This document shows positions 16,347 to 25,655 of a DNA stretch of 64,000 nt, piece after piece; position 1 is the first letter of the stretch, and each line of letters opens with the position of its first letter. This DNA comes from Candidatus Colwellbacteria bacterium (GTDB taxonomy: Bacteria; Patescibacteriota; Minisyncoccia; UBA6257; Colwellbacteraceae). The stretch is from assembly GCA_016176525.1 (NCBI GenBank), contig JACOWZ010000003.1:256001-320000 (forward strand), in the 5' to 3' direction. The notes beneath the pieces were generated by a model that was not told where the DNA came from, ran no database searches, and saw nothing but the letters and a program-made list of their open reading frames with translations. Both the position numbers and the translations under genes were made by a program.

Positions 16347-18353
16347 ATGAGTAAAACACTAAGATTAGGTGTTTTGAGCTCTGCTGTCATTTTGGCTGCA
16401 GTCTTATTGGCTGCTCCAACATTTGCCGCTTACACCCGCGACCTCACTGTGGGTTCAACTGGCACTGACGTAACAGATCTCCAAAACTTCCTAATTTCAA
16501 AATCGGCAGCTATGTGGCCAGCAGGCCAAGCGGCTACCGGTTACTTTGGTCCAATAACTCAAGCCGCTTTGGCAAAATACCAGACTTCGGTCGGTATTAG
16601 CCCAGCAGCCGGTTACTTTGGCCCAATAACACGTGCCCACATGGCCTCAATCGGCCAAACAGGCACAACAGGAACAGGTACAACGACAGAAGCTCTTTGC
16701 CCGAACGGTATGACAATTGCAAGCAATTGTATGACTGCTCCGGCAGGCGCAACTGGCGCAACCTGTCCTAATGGAAACCTAGTTTCCAACAACTGTATGG
16801 CAGCTGGTACAACCGGTTTGAGCGGCACTGTAGGTTCAATAACCATTAACGGTCTTTCAACCTACTCTGCTGAACAAGTTGGCGAAGGCGAGACTGATCA
16901 AAAGGTTATCGCTTTTGAAATTGAGGCAGGCAGTGAGTCCGACATAGAGTTGGTTTCAATGCAAGTTGAGGCCTTCCAGATATCAACAGGAGATGACAGA
17001 GATATGGATGCTTACATGAAAGATGTCTCAATCTGGCTTGGTTCCACAGAAGTTGGCCGGGATAATGTAAGCGCTTTCTCAGAGCCTACTACGAACGACT
17101 TCCAAAGGAACATGGTTTTGAGCGGCGCAAGAATCAATGCTGGCGAGACCAAAACTGTTTACATCGCGGTTTCATCGCTTGACAATATTGACACCGGAGA
17201 CAGCGACACAGATGACTGGGCTGCTGGTGTTGCTACAATTAGGTTTAGAGATGGTTCTGGTGTAACAACCACAAACACCTACACTCTTGATCTAACTGAT
17301 AACGTTGTTGACGACACCATTGAGCAGCAATTTGACTTTGGTTCACTTGCAACGGTTGCTAGCGTTGAGCTAGAGGTTTCTTTGAACACAGCCGATGACG
17401 AAATCAACGAAGCTCACCTTATAAAGGTAAACGCTGGCGCGTCAGACACAAACGACATAGAGCTTCTTTCGTTTAAGATGAAAGCTGAAGGTTCAGCCCT
17501 CCAGGTTACAGAGGTTCCTGTTACACTTACTGTAACTGGTGGTTCAACTACCGAGTCTGACATCTTCAAATCCGCTCACCTTTACAGGGAAGGCGTTAAG
17601 ATTGGCTCGGAAACTGTTGCCGATGGCGGCGCGGTAACTTTTGACAACCTTGATTTCACCATTGCTAAGAACGACACAGAGGACTTCAAGATTCTTGTTG
17701 ATATTCAAGACATTGACGGCAATCTTACTGTGGGCGACACACTTCAGGCTCAAATTACTGCAACCAACGTTAACAACATAACGGTGGAGGACTCGTCTGG
17801 ACAACAGCTTTCCGACGATGATGCAACAGGCACTGCTTTAGCTGAGGCTTCTGAAGTCCGAGTTATCGGATTTGACTTTAGCCTCATAAGCGCGACAGCT
17901 TCTATAACTTCCCCCAGTGATGGAGCGACTGCTGGGTCTAGGGACACTGGTACATATACCATCAAGTTTAACCTTACCGCTTGGGGTGGAGACATCTCTA
18001 TTGACAGGAGTTGTGAAGAGGCTGATGCAGATACGGCTGACCAGGGTATAGAGTTTACTGTTACCAACAACGCATCTAACACCTCCACATGTACGTTTGC
18101 GTCAACTGCTGATGACAACACAGATGACACTGGAGCAGCTTGGTTGATTAGTGAAACCGAAACTAATGAGTTTACTCTTACGGTTGCCTTGCAACCAAGT
18201 ACTGAAGCTGCAGATGATCACTTCTCAAAGGTGTATCTCACTTCAATCAACTGGGATGATGTTGTAACCGACACCTCGCCTGACATCTTTACAACTGCAG
18301 GTTTGGGTGAAGCGGACACATCAACTCCGGAACTCTTCTTGCAAGCTATCTAG
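16347..18353 (+). CDS. large secreted protein with two peptidoglycan-binding-like repeats, a C(P)NGxTxASNC motif pair and a Thr/Asp-rich region
   Basis: Signal peptide MSKTLRLGVLSSAVILAAVLLAAPTFAAYT. PG_binding_1-like repeats (GSTGTDVTDLQNFL...GYFGPITQAALAKYQ, repeated twice). CPNGMTIASNC and CPNGNLVSNNC. The start is moved to ATG 16347, because the ORF-track start at 16272 lies in the leader. Confidence 0.6.
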   Translation: MSKTLRLGVLSSAVILAAVLLAAPTFAAYTRDLTVGSTGTDVTDLQNFLISKSAAMWPAGQAATGYFGPITQAALAKYQTSVGISPAAGYFGPITRAHMASIGQTGTTGTGTTTEALCPNGMTIASNCMTAPAGATGATCPNGNLVSNNCMAAGTTGLSGTVGSITINGLSTYSAEQVGEGETDQKVIAFEIEAGSESDIELVSMQVEAFQISTGDDRDMDAYMKDVSIWLGSTEVGRDNVSAFSEPTTNDFQRNMVLSGARINAGETKTVYIAVSSLDNIDTGDSDTDDWAAGVATIRFRDGSGVTTTNTYTLDLTDNVVDDTIEQQFDFGSLATVASVELEVSLNTADDEINEAHLIKVNAGASDTNDIELLSFKMKAEGSALQVTEVPVTLTVTGGSTTESDIFKSAHLYREGVKIGSETVADGGAVTFDNLDFTIAKNDTEDFKILVDIQDIDGNLTVGDTLQAQITATNVNNITVEDSSGQQLSDDDATGTALAEASEVRVIGFDFSLISATASITSPSDGATAGSRDTGTYTIKFNLTAWGGDISIDRSCEEADADTADQGIEFTVTNNASNTSTCTFASTADDNTDDTGAAWLISETETNEFTLTVALQPSTEAADDHFSKVYLTSINWDDVVTDTSPDIFTTAGLGEADTSTPELFLQAI

Positions 18354-18400
18354 CTTAGCTAAACTTCCAAGCAACTTGAGCTTTGCTTAGGAGTTAATGA

Positions 18401-18430
18401 AAACCGCCCCGTAAGGGGCGGTTTTCTGTT
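18401..18430 (+). terminator. rho-independent terminator
   Basis: aaaccgcccc-gtaa-ggggcggtttt followed by ctgttt. Confidence 0.75.
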
Positions 18431-18452
18431 TGTGATCTGTTATAATTATTGT

Positions 18453-19715
18453 ATGAAAACAAAATTAGTCTTTTTGGCGGCACTTGCTGTTTTTGCAGGT
18501 AGTTTATTGGGCGTCGGAATTTCATACGCCGTGCCCGGCTTTTTCACCCAAGGCGGGAATTCATTCTTAGAAACAGCGGTTCTAGGCACAACAGACAACT
18601 TTGATTTATCTATAATCACAAACAACACAGAACTTGCGCGTTTTGATACGAGCGGGACTTTTAATGTTAATGGTGATGCAGATATTTCAGGGTCGCTTAT
18701 TAACGCACTGCACAATCACGAGAATAACACTGGCGGTAGTCAGCTAAATGCCACAAACGTTTTTAGCTCTGGCATTGTACCAACAGCGCGCTTAGGTAGT
18801 GGCACAGCTGATTCAGCTAAGTTTTTGAGAGGTGATCAAACTTGGGCTACGCCTCCTAGTCCTGCAAATATGCAGATTTTTACATCTGACGGTACATGGA
18901 TTAAACCCACTGGAGCGAAACTCGTGTTGGTTGAAATGTGGGGCGGCGGCGGTGGTGGGGGTCGCCAAGACCCCAACATAATTGGATCGGGCGGTGGAGG
19001 CGGCGGAGGTGCTTATTCCACAAAGCTCTTTAGAGCTGATGATTTAGGATCTACTGAATCTGTTCTTGTTGGCTCCGGGGGTCTGGCTGGTACAACTGGA
19101 AATCCTCCTGGAGAAGTGGGTGAAAAATCTAGTTTCGCTGGATTAGAAGCATATGGTGGAGGAGGCGGCGGTGGGGGCGATGGTAATTCTACTACACACC
19201 ACGGCGGAGGTGGAGGTGGCGGCACACGTTCCGCTGGGAGTGTTGGGGGAGTAGGCACTAATGCTAGTGGCGGCGACGGCGGTGCACCTAATTATGCTTT
19301 TGGAACTACTAAGTTGGGTGCTGGTGCTCCCGGTGGTTCTGATGTTGATGCAACTGCCAATATAGAAGGTGGTGGAGGTGGTGGTGGAGTTAATGGAGGT
19401 AATCTTACTGGCGCAGCTTCTGGCGCTACATTTGGTGGAGGTGGTGGAGGGGCTGGCGGAGGGACTGGCGGTGAACAATTAGGAGGAGCTGGAGCCTCAT
19501 CGCAATATGGTGGAGGTGGTGGTGGAGGAGGTCATCGTGGTTCTTCGGCAGCGTACTCCGGCGGTTCTTCGATAAACGGTGGTAGTGGTGGAACTGGTTC
19601 TAAAATTGGCGCCGATGCAACTCCTGGTAGTATTCCTGGAGGTGGCGGAGGCGGAGGCGGTGCCCAAGATCCAGCTGCCGGCGCTCGCGGCGAAGTAAGG
19701 GTATATTCGTGGTAG
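18453..19715 (+). CDS. glycine-rich secreted protein with a phage-tail-fibre-like motif
   Basis: Signal peptide MKTKLVFLAALAVFAGSLLG. The motif TARLGSGTADSAKFLRGDQTWATP resembles tail-fibre/collar motifs. There are long poly-Gly runs (GGGGGGG repeated at least 8 times). Confidence 0.5.
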   Translation: MKTKLVFLAALAVFAGSLLGVGISYAVPGFFTQGGNSFLETAVLGTTDNFDLSIITNNTELARFDTSGTFNVNGDADISGSLINALHNHENNTGGSQLNATNVFSSGIVPTARLGSGTADSAKFLRGDQTWATPPSPANMQIFTSDGTWIKPTGAKLVLVEMWGGGGGGGRQDPNIIGSGGGGGGGAYSTKLFRADDLGSTESVLVGSGGLAGTTGNPPGEVGEKSSFAGLEAYGGGGGGGGDGNSTTHHGGGGGGGTRSAGSVGGVGTNASGGDGGAPNYAFGTTKLGAGAPGGSDVDATANIEGGGGGGGVNGGNLTGAASGATFGGGGGGAGGGTGGEQLGGAGASSQYGGGGGGGGHRGSSAAYSGGSSINGGSGGTGSKIGADATPGSIPGGGGGGGGAQDPAAGARGEVRVYSW

Positions 19716-19768
19716 GTGAATTTTCTCTAAATTATAACGACTAGCGATTTGAGTTATAATACTTAGGT

Positions 19769-21670
19769 ATGCAGAACGCGATTAGGAACATCTTTGTAGT
19801 TGCGGTTTTTTTGTTTCCTCTTTTGTATTTTAAGGCGTTTTTTTTCCCCGCTGTGTATTCCCACGCGGTTTTTATATATTTTATTGCCGAGCTGCTTTTT
19901 CTTTTGTATCTATGGCACGATTTTGGGCGAGGGAAAATTACTTTCAAAAAAAGCTATATAACTATTGCACTTGCGATTTACATAGCCGTTTTGTTTTTAA
20001 CCGCCTTAACGGGCGTTGATTTTGGTAAGTCGTTTTGGTCCAGCTACAACCGAATGACAGGTATTATCACTTGGCTGCACTACTTTGCGCTTTTCTTTGT
20101 GGTTTCTGCGGTTTCTAAGCGTGAGGATTGGAAGTATGTTTTCCGCGCCATAATGCTCTCCGGTGCAGTATTGGCTCTAGTTTCTTGGGTTGGCGAGGAC
20201 GGTTTTAATACGGGGCTATTTCCATATCTTAAAGATGGATCATTTTTGGGCAACAACTCTTACAGTGGTGCATACTTTTTACTAGCATTCTTCTTATCTC
20301 TAATAGGCGTTGTGTTTGAAACTAAGAAAATCTGGAAATGGGTTTATACTGCTGGGCTAGCGGTTATTTTCTTTAATCCGGATATGTTTAATTTTGATGT
20401 TTGGTCCGGAAAAACTTTTAATCTTATTGGCGAGGCCCGAGCATCGTCGGCTGTGGTTTGGATTGGGCTTGCGGTGTTAGGCGCGATTTTTGCGGTATAT
20501 AGATTCGCAAAAAATAAAAAACTTGTAGCCGGCATAGCTGCATTTCTCTTTATAGCTATATTAGGTGTTTACGTATATGGGTTTACATCAATACTCTCCG
20601 GCAAAGGTGTTTTGTATGACAAGTTTTTGGAGATAGATGGACCTGTGCGGCTCACAGTTTGGGATAGCACTATTCAGGGCATTAAAGAACGCCCTATACT
20701 TGGCTATGGGTCAGGAAACTTTGACTATATTTCTGATAGACGCCTTGATCCAAAATTACTAGCACTAGACGAAGATTTGTTCTTTGACCATCCACACAAT
20801 CTTACGCTTGATGTGTTTATTAGTGCAGGTGTTTTGGGAGCTTTGGGAATGTTTTTGATTTTTGCCGCCGCGGCGCATAAGAGTATCAAACTCTATCTAA
20901 AAGAAAATAAATTCTACTTTTTAGTAATTCCACTTGTATTAGTATTGCATTTTCTGCAACTGCAAACATTCTTAGAAGGTCCTGGCTCGCTGCTTCTAGT
21001 TTTTATAATGCTTGCGTTTCTTGCCTCGCGTGAGCCGGATTTAGAGTTGAAAGTTTCCATTCTTAGATTGCGAAATTTATTAAAAACAGGTGCGGTTGTC
21101 GCCTTTATAGTAGCTTCTTATTTGTGGGTATTTGTGCCTACAGAGCAAAATTTGCTCTATATAAAACTGACTTCTGGCGCGACGGTAGAAGAAAGACAGC
21201 AGTTACTACCAAAACTTAAAGAGATTAAAGTTGACCCGCTATATATTATTAATTTGTTGAGTGACGGTTTTATGCGTGGCGCTATGCACTACAGAGACAG
21301 ATTTGACGAGCCTGCTATCAAAGGAGTGCTACAAGGAGAGTTTAAAATGTTTTTGGATACTTACGAAAGTTTTGAGTCGAGATACAAAGATAATTTTAAG
21401 TTTAATTTCCAGTATGGGAAAGTAATAAATGCCGCAAATGCCGTTGGTGTTAATAAATTAGAAAAAGGCGAGGAGATTATACGTAGAGCTATTACCATCT
21501 CCGACCTCTATCCGCACCCATACGCGCTTTTGGCTTTTAATCTTTATTTTCAAGAGAGATACGACGAGGCACTAGAGGTTGCAGAAACGGCTATTACTAA
21601 AGATCCATCGGACAGCAGAGCGCAAACGTTGCGCGATTTGATTATCTCTCGAGCTTTACAACCCCTTTGA
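19769..21670 (+). CDS. O-antigen ligase/polymerase-family (Wzy_C) membrane protein with C-terminal TPR region
   Basis: About 10 TM segments, a DHPHNLTLDVFISAGVLG motif typical of Wzy_C/WaaL, and a soluble TPR-like C-terminus. Confidence 0.6.
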   Translation: MQNAIRNIFVVAVFLFPLLYFKAFFFPAVYSHAVFIYFIAELLFLLYLWHDFGRGKITFKKSYITIALAIYIAVLFLTALTGVDFGKSFWSSYNRMTGIITWLHYFALFFVVSAVSKREDWKYVFRAIMLSGAVLALVSWVGEDGFNTGLFPYLKDGSFLGNNSYSGAYFLLAFFLSLIGVVFETKKIWKWVYTAGLAVIFFNPDMFNFDVWSGKTFNLIGEARASSAVVWIGLAVLGAIFAVYRFAKNKKLVAGIAAFLFIAILGVYVYGFTSILSGKGVLYDKFLEIDGPVRLTVWDSTIQGIKERPILGYGSGNFDYISDRRLDPKLLALDEDLFFDHPHNLTLDVFISAGVLGALGMFLIFAAAAHKSIKLYLKENKFYFLVIPLVLVLHFLQLQTFLEGPGSLLLVFIMLAFLASREPDLELKVSILRLRNLLKTGAVVAFIVASYLWVFVPTEQNLLYIKLTSGATVEERQQLLPKLKEIKVDPLYIINLLSDGFMRGAMHYRDRFDEPAIKGVLQGEFKMFLDTYESFESRYKDNFKFNFQYGKVINAANAVGVNKLEKGEEIIRRAITISDLYPHPYALLAFNLYFQERYDEALEVAETAITKDPSDSRAQTLRDLIISRALQPL

Positions 21671-22522
21671 TACCTTTTTAAGGTATTTGCGGAAGTCTTT
21701 GCCCACGGTTTTGTGCTTTAGGCCGAAGTCCACTGTGGCTTTGAGTAAGCCAAGTTTACTGCCACAGTCGTATCTTTTGCCCTCAAACTTTAGACCGTAA
21801 ACCGGCATTTTACCGATTATATTTTTTAGCGCATATGCCAATCGTATCTCGTCTTTAGAATTATCGAGCTTTTTAAGCTCGTGGAACACATGCGGAGTAA
21901 TAATGTATTTACCGGCTATTACAAGGTTGGAAGGTGCGTCTTTTGGGTTTGGCTTCTCTACGATGTCTTTAATTTCGTAAACATTCCCGGAGATTTTCTT
22001 TGCATCCACAACGCCGTAGCGATGTACCTCCGAACGTGGCACTGTTTCAAGCGCTATAACAATACCGCCGTGTTTTTTAAATACCTCGCCTAGCTGGGCA
22101 AGGCAGGGCACAACACTGTCCACTATATCGTCTCCGAATAGCACACCGACCGGTTCGTCGCCGTGCACCAAGTGTTCTGCAGAGAGTATTGCATGGCCGT
22201 CGCCTAACGGAGCACTTTGTCTTACAAAAGAAAACCGCGCGAGCTTTGCTATATTCCTTACCTCATCAAACATTTCTTTTTTGCCGTTTTTACTAAGGTG
22301 GGACTCAAGCTCGGTGGAAAAATCAAAATGATCTTCAATAGCGCGTTTAGTGCGACCTGTTATAAAAATAACGTCTTCAACGCCGGAGGCAACCGCTTCT
22401 TCTACCAAATATTGGATTATCGGTTTGTCTATAATGGGCAGCATTTCTTTTGGTTGGGCTTTTGTCGCGGGCAGAAATCTAGTGCCCAACCCGGCTACCG
22501 GGATGATTACTTTTTTAACCAT
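21656..22522 (-). CDS. galU: UTP--glucose-1-phosphate uridylyltransferase
   Basis: KKVIIPVAGLGTRFLPATKAQPKEMLPIIDKPIIQY, 288 aa. Confidence 0.85.
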   Translation of the reverse strand: MVKKVIIPVAGLGTRFLPATKAQPKEMLPIIDKPIIQYLVEEAVASGVEDVIFITGRTKRAIEDHFDFSTELESHLSKNGKKEMFDEVRNIAKLARFSFVRQSAPLGDGHAILSAEHLVHGDEPVGVLFGDDIVDSVVPCLAQLGEVFKKHGGIVIALETVPRSEVHRYGVVDAKKISGNVYEIKDIVEKPNPKDAPSNLVIAGKYIITPHVFHELKKLDNSKDEIRLAYALKNIIGKMPVYGLKFEGKRYDCGSKLGLLKATVDFGLKHKTVGKDFRKYLKKVSKGL

Positions 22523-22598
22523 GTAGGTATATATTTCAATAATTTCCGACTGTTGTAAAGCTCGCTGTTTTTGTGATAATATTCTTACTCCACGATAA

Positions 22599-23513
22599 AT
22601 GAAAAAAGTATTAGTAACTGGCGGGGCAGGGTTTATAGGTAGTCATTTGGTTGATAGATTACTTAATGAAGGCTATGAGGTTTTTGTTGTAGATAATCTC
22701 TCAACAGGCAAGCGCGAGAACCTAAACCCTGAAGCAGGATTTTTTGAAGTGGATATTACAGATTTCGATGCATTAGATAAGGTTTTCTCAGAAACAGAAC
22801 CCGAATATGTATTCCACCAAGCGGCAATCCCGCGGATGCCGATTTCTATAAAAGACCCGGTTGGCACATCTAAGACTAATATTTTGGGTACAATTAATGT
22901 GCTAAAAGCTGCTCACGATGCCGGAGTTAAACGGGTTGTTTATGCCGCTTCTTCTTCTGCTTACGGCGAGCAAGAAACATTGCCGCTCCACGAAGATATG
23001 GTGCCGAATCCTTTGAGTCCATATGGTTTGCAAAAATATGTTGGGGAGTTGAAACTTCGCTTGTTTTCATCGCTCTATGGTTTACCCACTGTTTCTCTGC
23101 GTTATTTTAATGTGTATGGGCCGAGGATTGATGTTAACTCCGATTACAGTTTGGTTGTTGGGAAATTTCTTAGGTTAAATAAGGAAGGTAAACGACTTCC
23201 AATATTTGGTGATGGTAAGCAGTCTAGAGCATTTTGCTATGTCGGCGATGTGGTGGAGGCAAACATCAAAGCTATGCTATCCCCAAAGGTTGGCAAGGGA
23301 GAGGTGATAAACATTGGCGCAAAAGACCCTGTTTCTGTGGAAGAGATTGCAGAAGCTATAGGCGGAGAAAAAGAGTACTTGCCGCCGAGAGCCGGCGACC
23401 CGATGCACACAGCTGCAGACTTGACTAGGGCTATAGAACTTTTAGAATGGGAACCTAAGGTAGACTTTGTGGAAGGTCTTCGCATGACCAAAGAATGGTT
23501 TGAAAGTTTATAA
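22599..23513 (+). CDS. NAD-dependent epimerase/dehydratase (UDP-glucose 4-epimerase family)
   Basis: VLVTGGAGFIGSHLVDRL Rossmann motif and YxxxK (YGLQKYVGE). Confidence 0.75.
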   Translation: MKKVLVTGGAGFIGSHLVDRLLNEGYEVFVVDNLSTGKRENLNPEAGFFEVDITDFDALDKVFSETEPEYVFHQAAIPRMPISIKDPVGTSKTNILGTINVLKAAHDAGVKRVVYAASSSAYGEQETLPLHEDMVPNPLSPYGLQKYVGELKLRLFSSLYGLPTVSLRYFNVYGPRIDVNSDYSLVVGKFLRLNKEGKRLPIFGDGKQSRAFCYVGDVVEANIKAMLSPKVGKGEVINIGAKDPVSVEEIAEAIGGEKEYLPPRAGDPMHTAADLTRAIELLEWEPKVDFVEGLRMTKEWFESL

Positions 23514-24354
23514 AATGAACAATAAATCTATAAAAGATATTACAGTAGCGGTTGTGGGTGTTGGCATGGTGGGCGGCGCTATGCAGAGGTATTTTGAAAA
23601 AGCTGGCAGGACTCACTTTCTTTACGACCCATATAAAAAATTAGGTTCCAAAGGAGAAGTAAACAAGGCAGATGTTGTTTTTGTGTCGGTGCCTACCCCA
23701 TACAAGGTAAAAGAGGGTGGGTTTGATCTCTCGTATGTAAAAGAAACTTGCGAATTTTTAGACGACGGCAAGGTTGTTGTAATTAAATCCACTGTTGTGC
23801 CGGGCACTACACAGAAATTACAGGATGAGTATCCAAACCTAAAGTTTCTATTCAACCCAGAGTTTTTAACAGAGCTTACTGCCGACCAAGATATGAATTA
23901 TCCCGACCGCCAGATTATAGGCCACACAAAAGAGAGTTATAACGTTGCCGGCCATGTTATGCGGCTACTGCCCTTAGCGCCTTATGAGCGCATAATGCCA
24001 GCGACTGCGGCAGAAACTGTTAAGTATTTCGGCAATACCTGGTTTTCTACAAAGGTAGTATTTGCCAACCAAATGTATGATCTGTGTGAAAAGCTGGGTA
24101 TTGATTACGATATAGTAAAAGAAGCCGCTGCAGGCGACAAGCGTATAGGCCCATCGCACCTGGAGATTTTCCATAAAGATTATCGTGGTTATGGTGGAAA
24201 GTGTTTGCCAAAAGACATTCGTGCTTTGATTCAGCTTGCCGAATCTTTGGGTGTGGAATTAAAGCTCCATAAAACAGTTGAAGAGATCAATAACAAAATG
24301 ATTGCCGACCAAGGCATAGACGACCACGAGACTTTCGGAACAAAGAGAGAATAG
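23500..24354 (+). CDS. UDP-glucose/GDP-mannose dehydrogenase family protein, short form lacking the C-terminal UDP-binding domain
   Basis: VAVVGVGMVGGAM NAD motif, NPEFLTELTADQDMNYPDRQIIG and the catalytic-cysteine motif YGGKCLPKD. Only 284 aa, whereas the family is usually about 430 aa. Confidence 0.6.
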   Translation: MKVYKMNNKSIKDITVAVVGVGMVGGAMQRYFEKAGRTHFLYDPYKKLGSKGEVNKADVVFVSVPTPYKVKEGGFDLSYVKETCEFLDDGKVVVIKSTVVPGTTQKLQDEYPNLKFLFNPEFLTELTADQDMNYPDRQIIGHTKESYNVAGHVMRLLPLAPYERIMPATAAETVKYFGNTWFSTKVVFANQMYDLCEKLGIDYDIVKEAAAGDKRIGPSHLEIFHKDYRGYGGKCLPKDIRALIQLAESLGVELKLHKTVEEINNKMIADQGIDDHETFGTKRE

Positions 24355-25599
24355 TTAGAGTTTTAGAAAATAATACAGAGATGTGCCTACGCGAAATATT
24401 TCTGATACAAGCAGCGCCCCCGCTACGCCGAATATTCCATAGAATGGGGTTAGAACTAGAAACAGTCCGACTCGGAGTATAACTGACCCGACGCGCACAA
24501 CGTACAATTCTTTTTTACGAAGATCGCTTATAAGCGCGGCCACAAGCAAGTTAAATGGCAGTATTGCTATTATAAGAGACAATATCTGGAAGTATATTAC
24601 CGATTCCATATATTGAGGAAAAAGTATTTTATATGCAACTGGGGCTGTAATAACTGCTAAAATTGTCGCTGGAATTGATAATAAAAATAGTAGACGGAAC
24701 TTATACAATAAACCGTGTTTTATATCTTTTATGTTTTTCTCGCCAAGCTTTGGTAAGGCGAGTGCCTGTACGGGGACAATATCGCTTAGCGACTTTATTG
24801 GAAACAGCGCGAATGAATAGATTGCAACTTGGATCGGTCCTAGGAATTTCCATAAAACAACTTTGTCCATATGGGCGCCTAATCTAACAATCCCGTCCAT
24901 TATGGTTAAATTTTTCCCAAACTTCACAGCTTCTGTGTCTCTCTCATTATTTTTTGTTTTTTTAATTGTTTTCCAGAGAAAGAGCCCGTCAAACAATACA
25001 CGAGAACCAAGGGTAATTGAGATAATCCACAATATACTGTCGGTTAAATATATCGCTGGTAAGATAATAAGAAAAGAAAGCGCGGCAGGTGCAACTTTGT
25101 AAAATCCCTCAATATCAAAGCGTTTTTTACCATTCCAGAAGACTGGTGCTAGAGCAAATGCCTCTATAAGAGGCAGGAATATTGCTGTCAGAGCAAAGCC
25201 GCCAGCAAGTACTAAATTTTTGTTTAAAAGGTACCAGATAGAAACCAGGAAAAGTCCCAAAGATCCTAATAGACCCCACCTTATCTTTTCTTTAACCACT
25301 AATGTTAGAGTTCCTTCTTTGCCGCGGGCGATACTTTTGATAAGGGCTGTGTTCATTCCAGATAGAGCGAATATACCAGCGATGCCGAGCCCAGCGAGTA
25401 CAAATTGGTATGTTCCGTATATTTCCTTTGGAATCCAATAAGCAAAAGCAACCATGGTTGCGAGAGAAATTAAGAACTTGCCTCCTTTTCCCAAAAGTAT
25501 CCAAAAAGTTCCCTTAACCGCATATGTCATATCGGTTTTGGTATAGCGTTCGGACCATTTAAGAAATCCCAGGATTTTACGGGTTATTGTTTGTCGCAT
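24355..25599 (-). CDS. polysaccharide biosynthesis flippase (Wzx / MOP superfamily)
   Basis: 414 aa, about 12 TM segments, N-terminal polysaccharide-biosynthesis-protein pattern. Confidence 0.65.
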   Translation of the reverse strand: MRQTITRKILGFLKWSERYTKTDMTYAVKGTFWILLGKGGKFLISLATMVAFAYWIPKEIYGTYQFVLAGLGIAGIFALSGMNTALIKSIARGKEGTLTLVVKEKIRWGLLGSLGLFLVSIWYLLNKNLVLAGGFALTAIFLPLIEAFALAPVFWNGKKRFDIEGFYKVAPAALSFLIILPAIYLTDSILWIISITLGSRVLFDGLFLWKTIKKTKNNERDTEAVKFGKNLTIMDGIVRLGAHMDKVVLWKFLGPIQVAIYSFALFPIKSLSDIVPVQALALPKLGEKNIKDIKHGLLYKFRLLFLLSIPATILAVITAPVAYKILFPQYMESVIYFQILSLIIAILPFNLLVAALISDLRKKELYVVRVGSVILRVGLFLVLTPFYGIFGVAGALLVSEIFRVGTSLYYFLKL

Positions 25600-25655
25600 G
25601 TTCTATAGCATACCTTATTGTGTACAATAAGCTGAAATCAAATATAATTTAAAAT

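Noticed and set aside
18999-19478. Minus-strand ORFs at 19013..19258 and 19143..19478 (Pro-rich / Ser/Thr-rich)
   Set aside because: They are complements of the poly-Gly codon runs (GGN repeats read as CCN/ACN on the other strand) of the glycine-rich protein.
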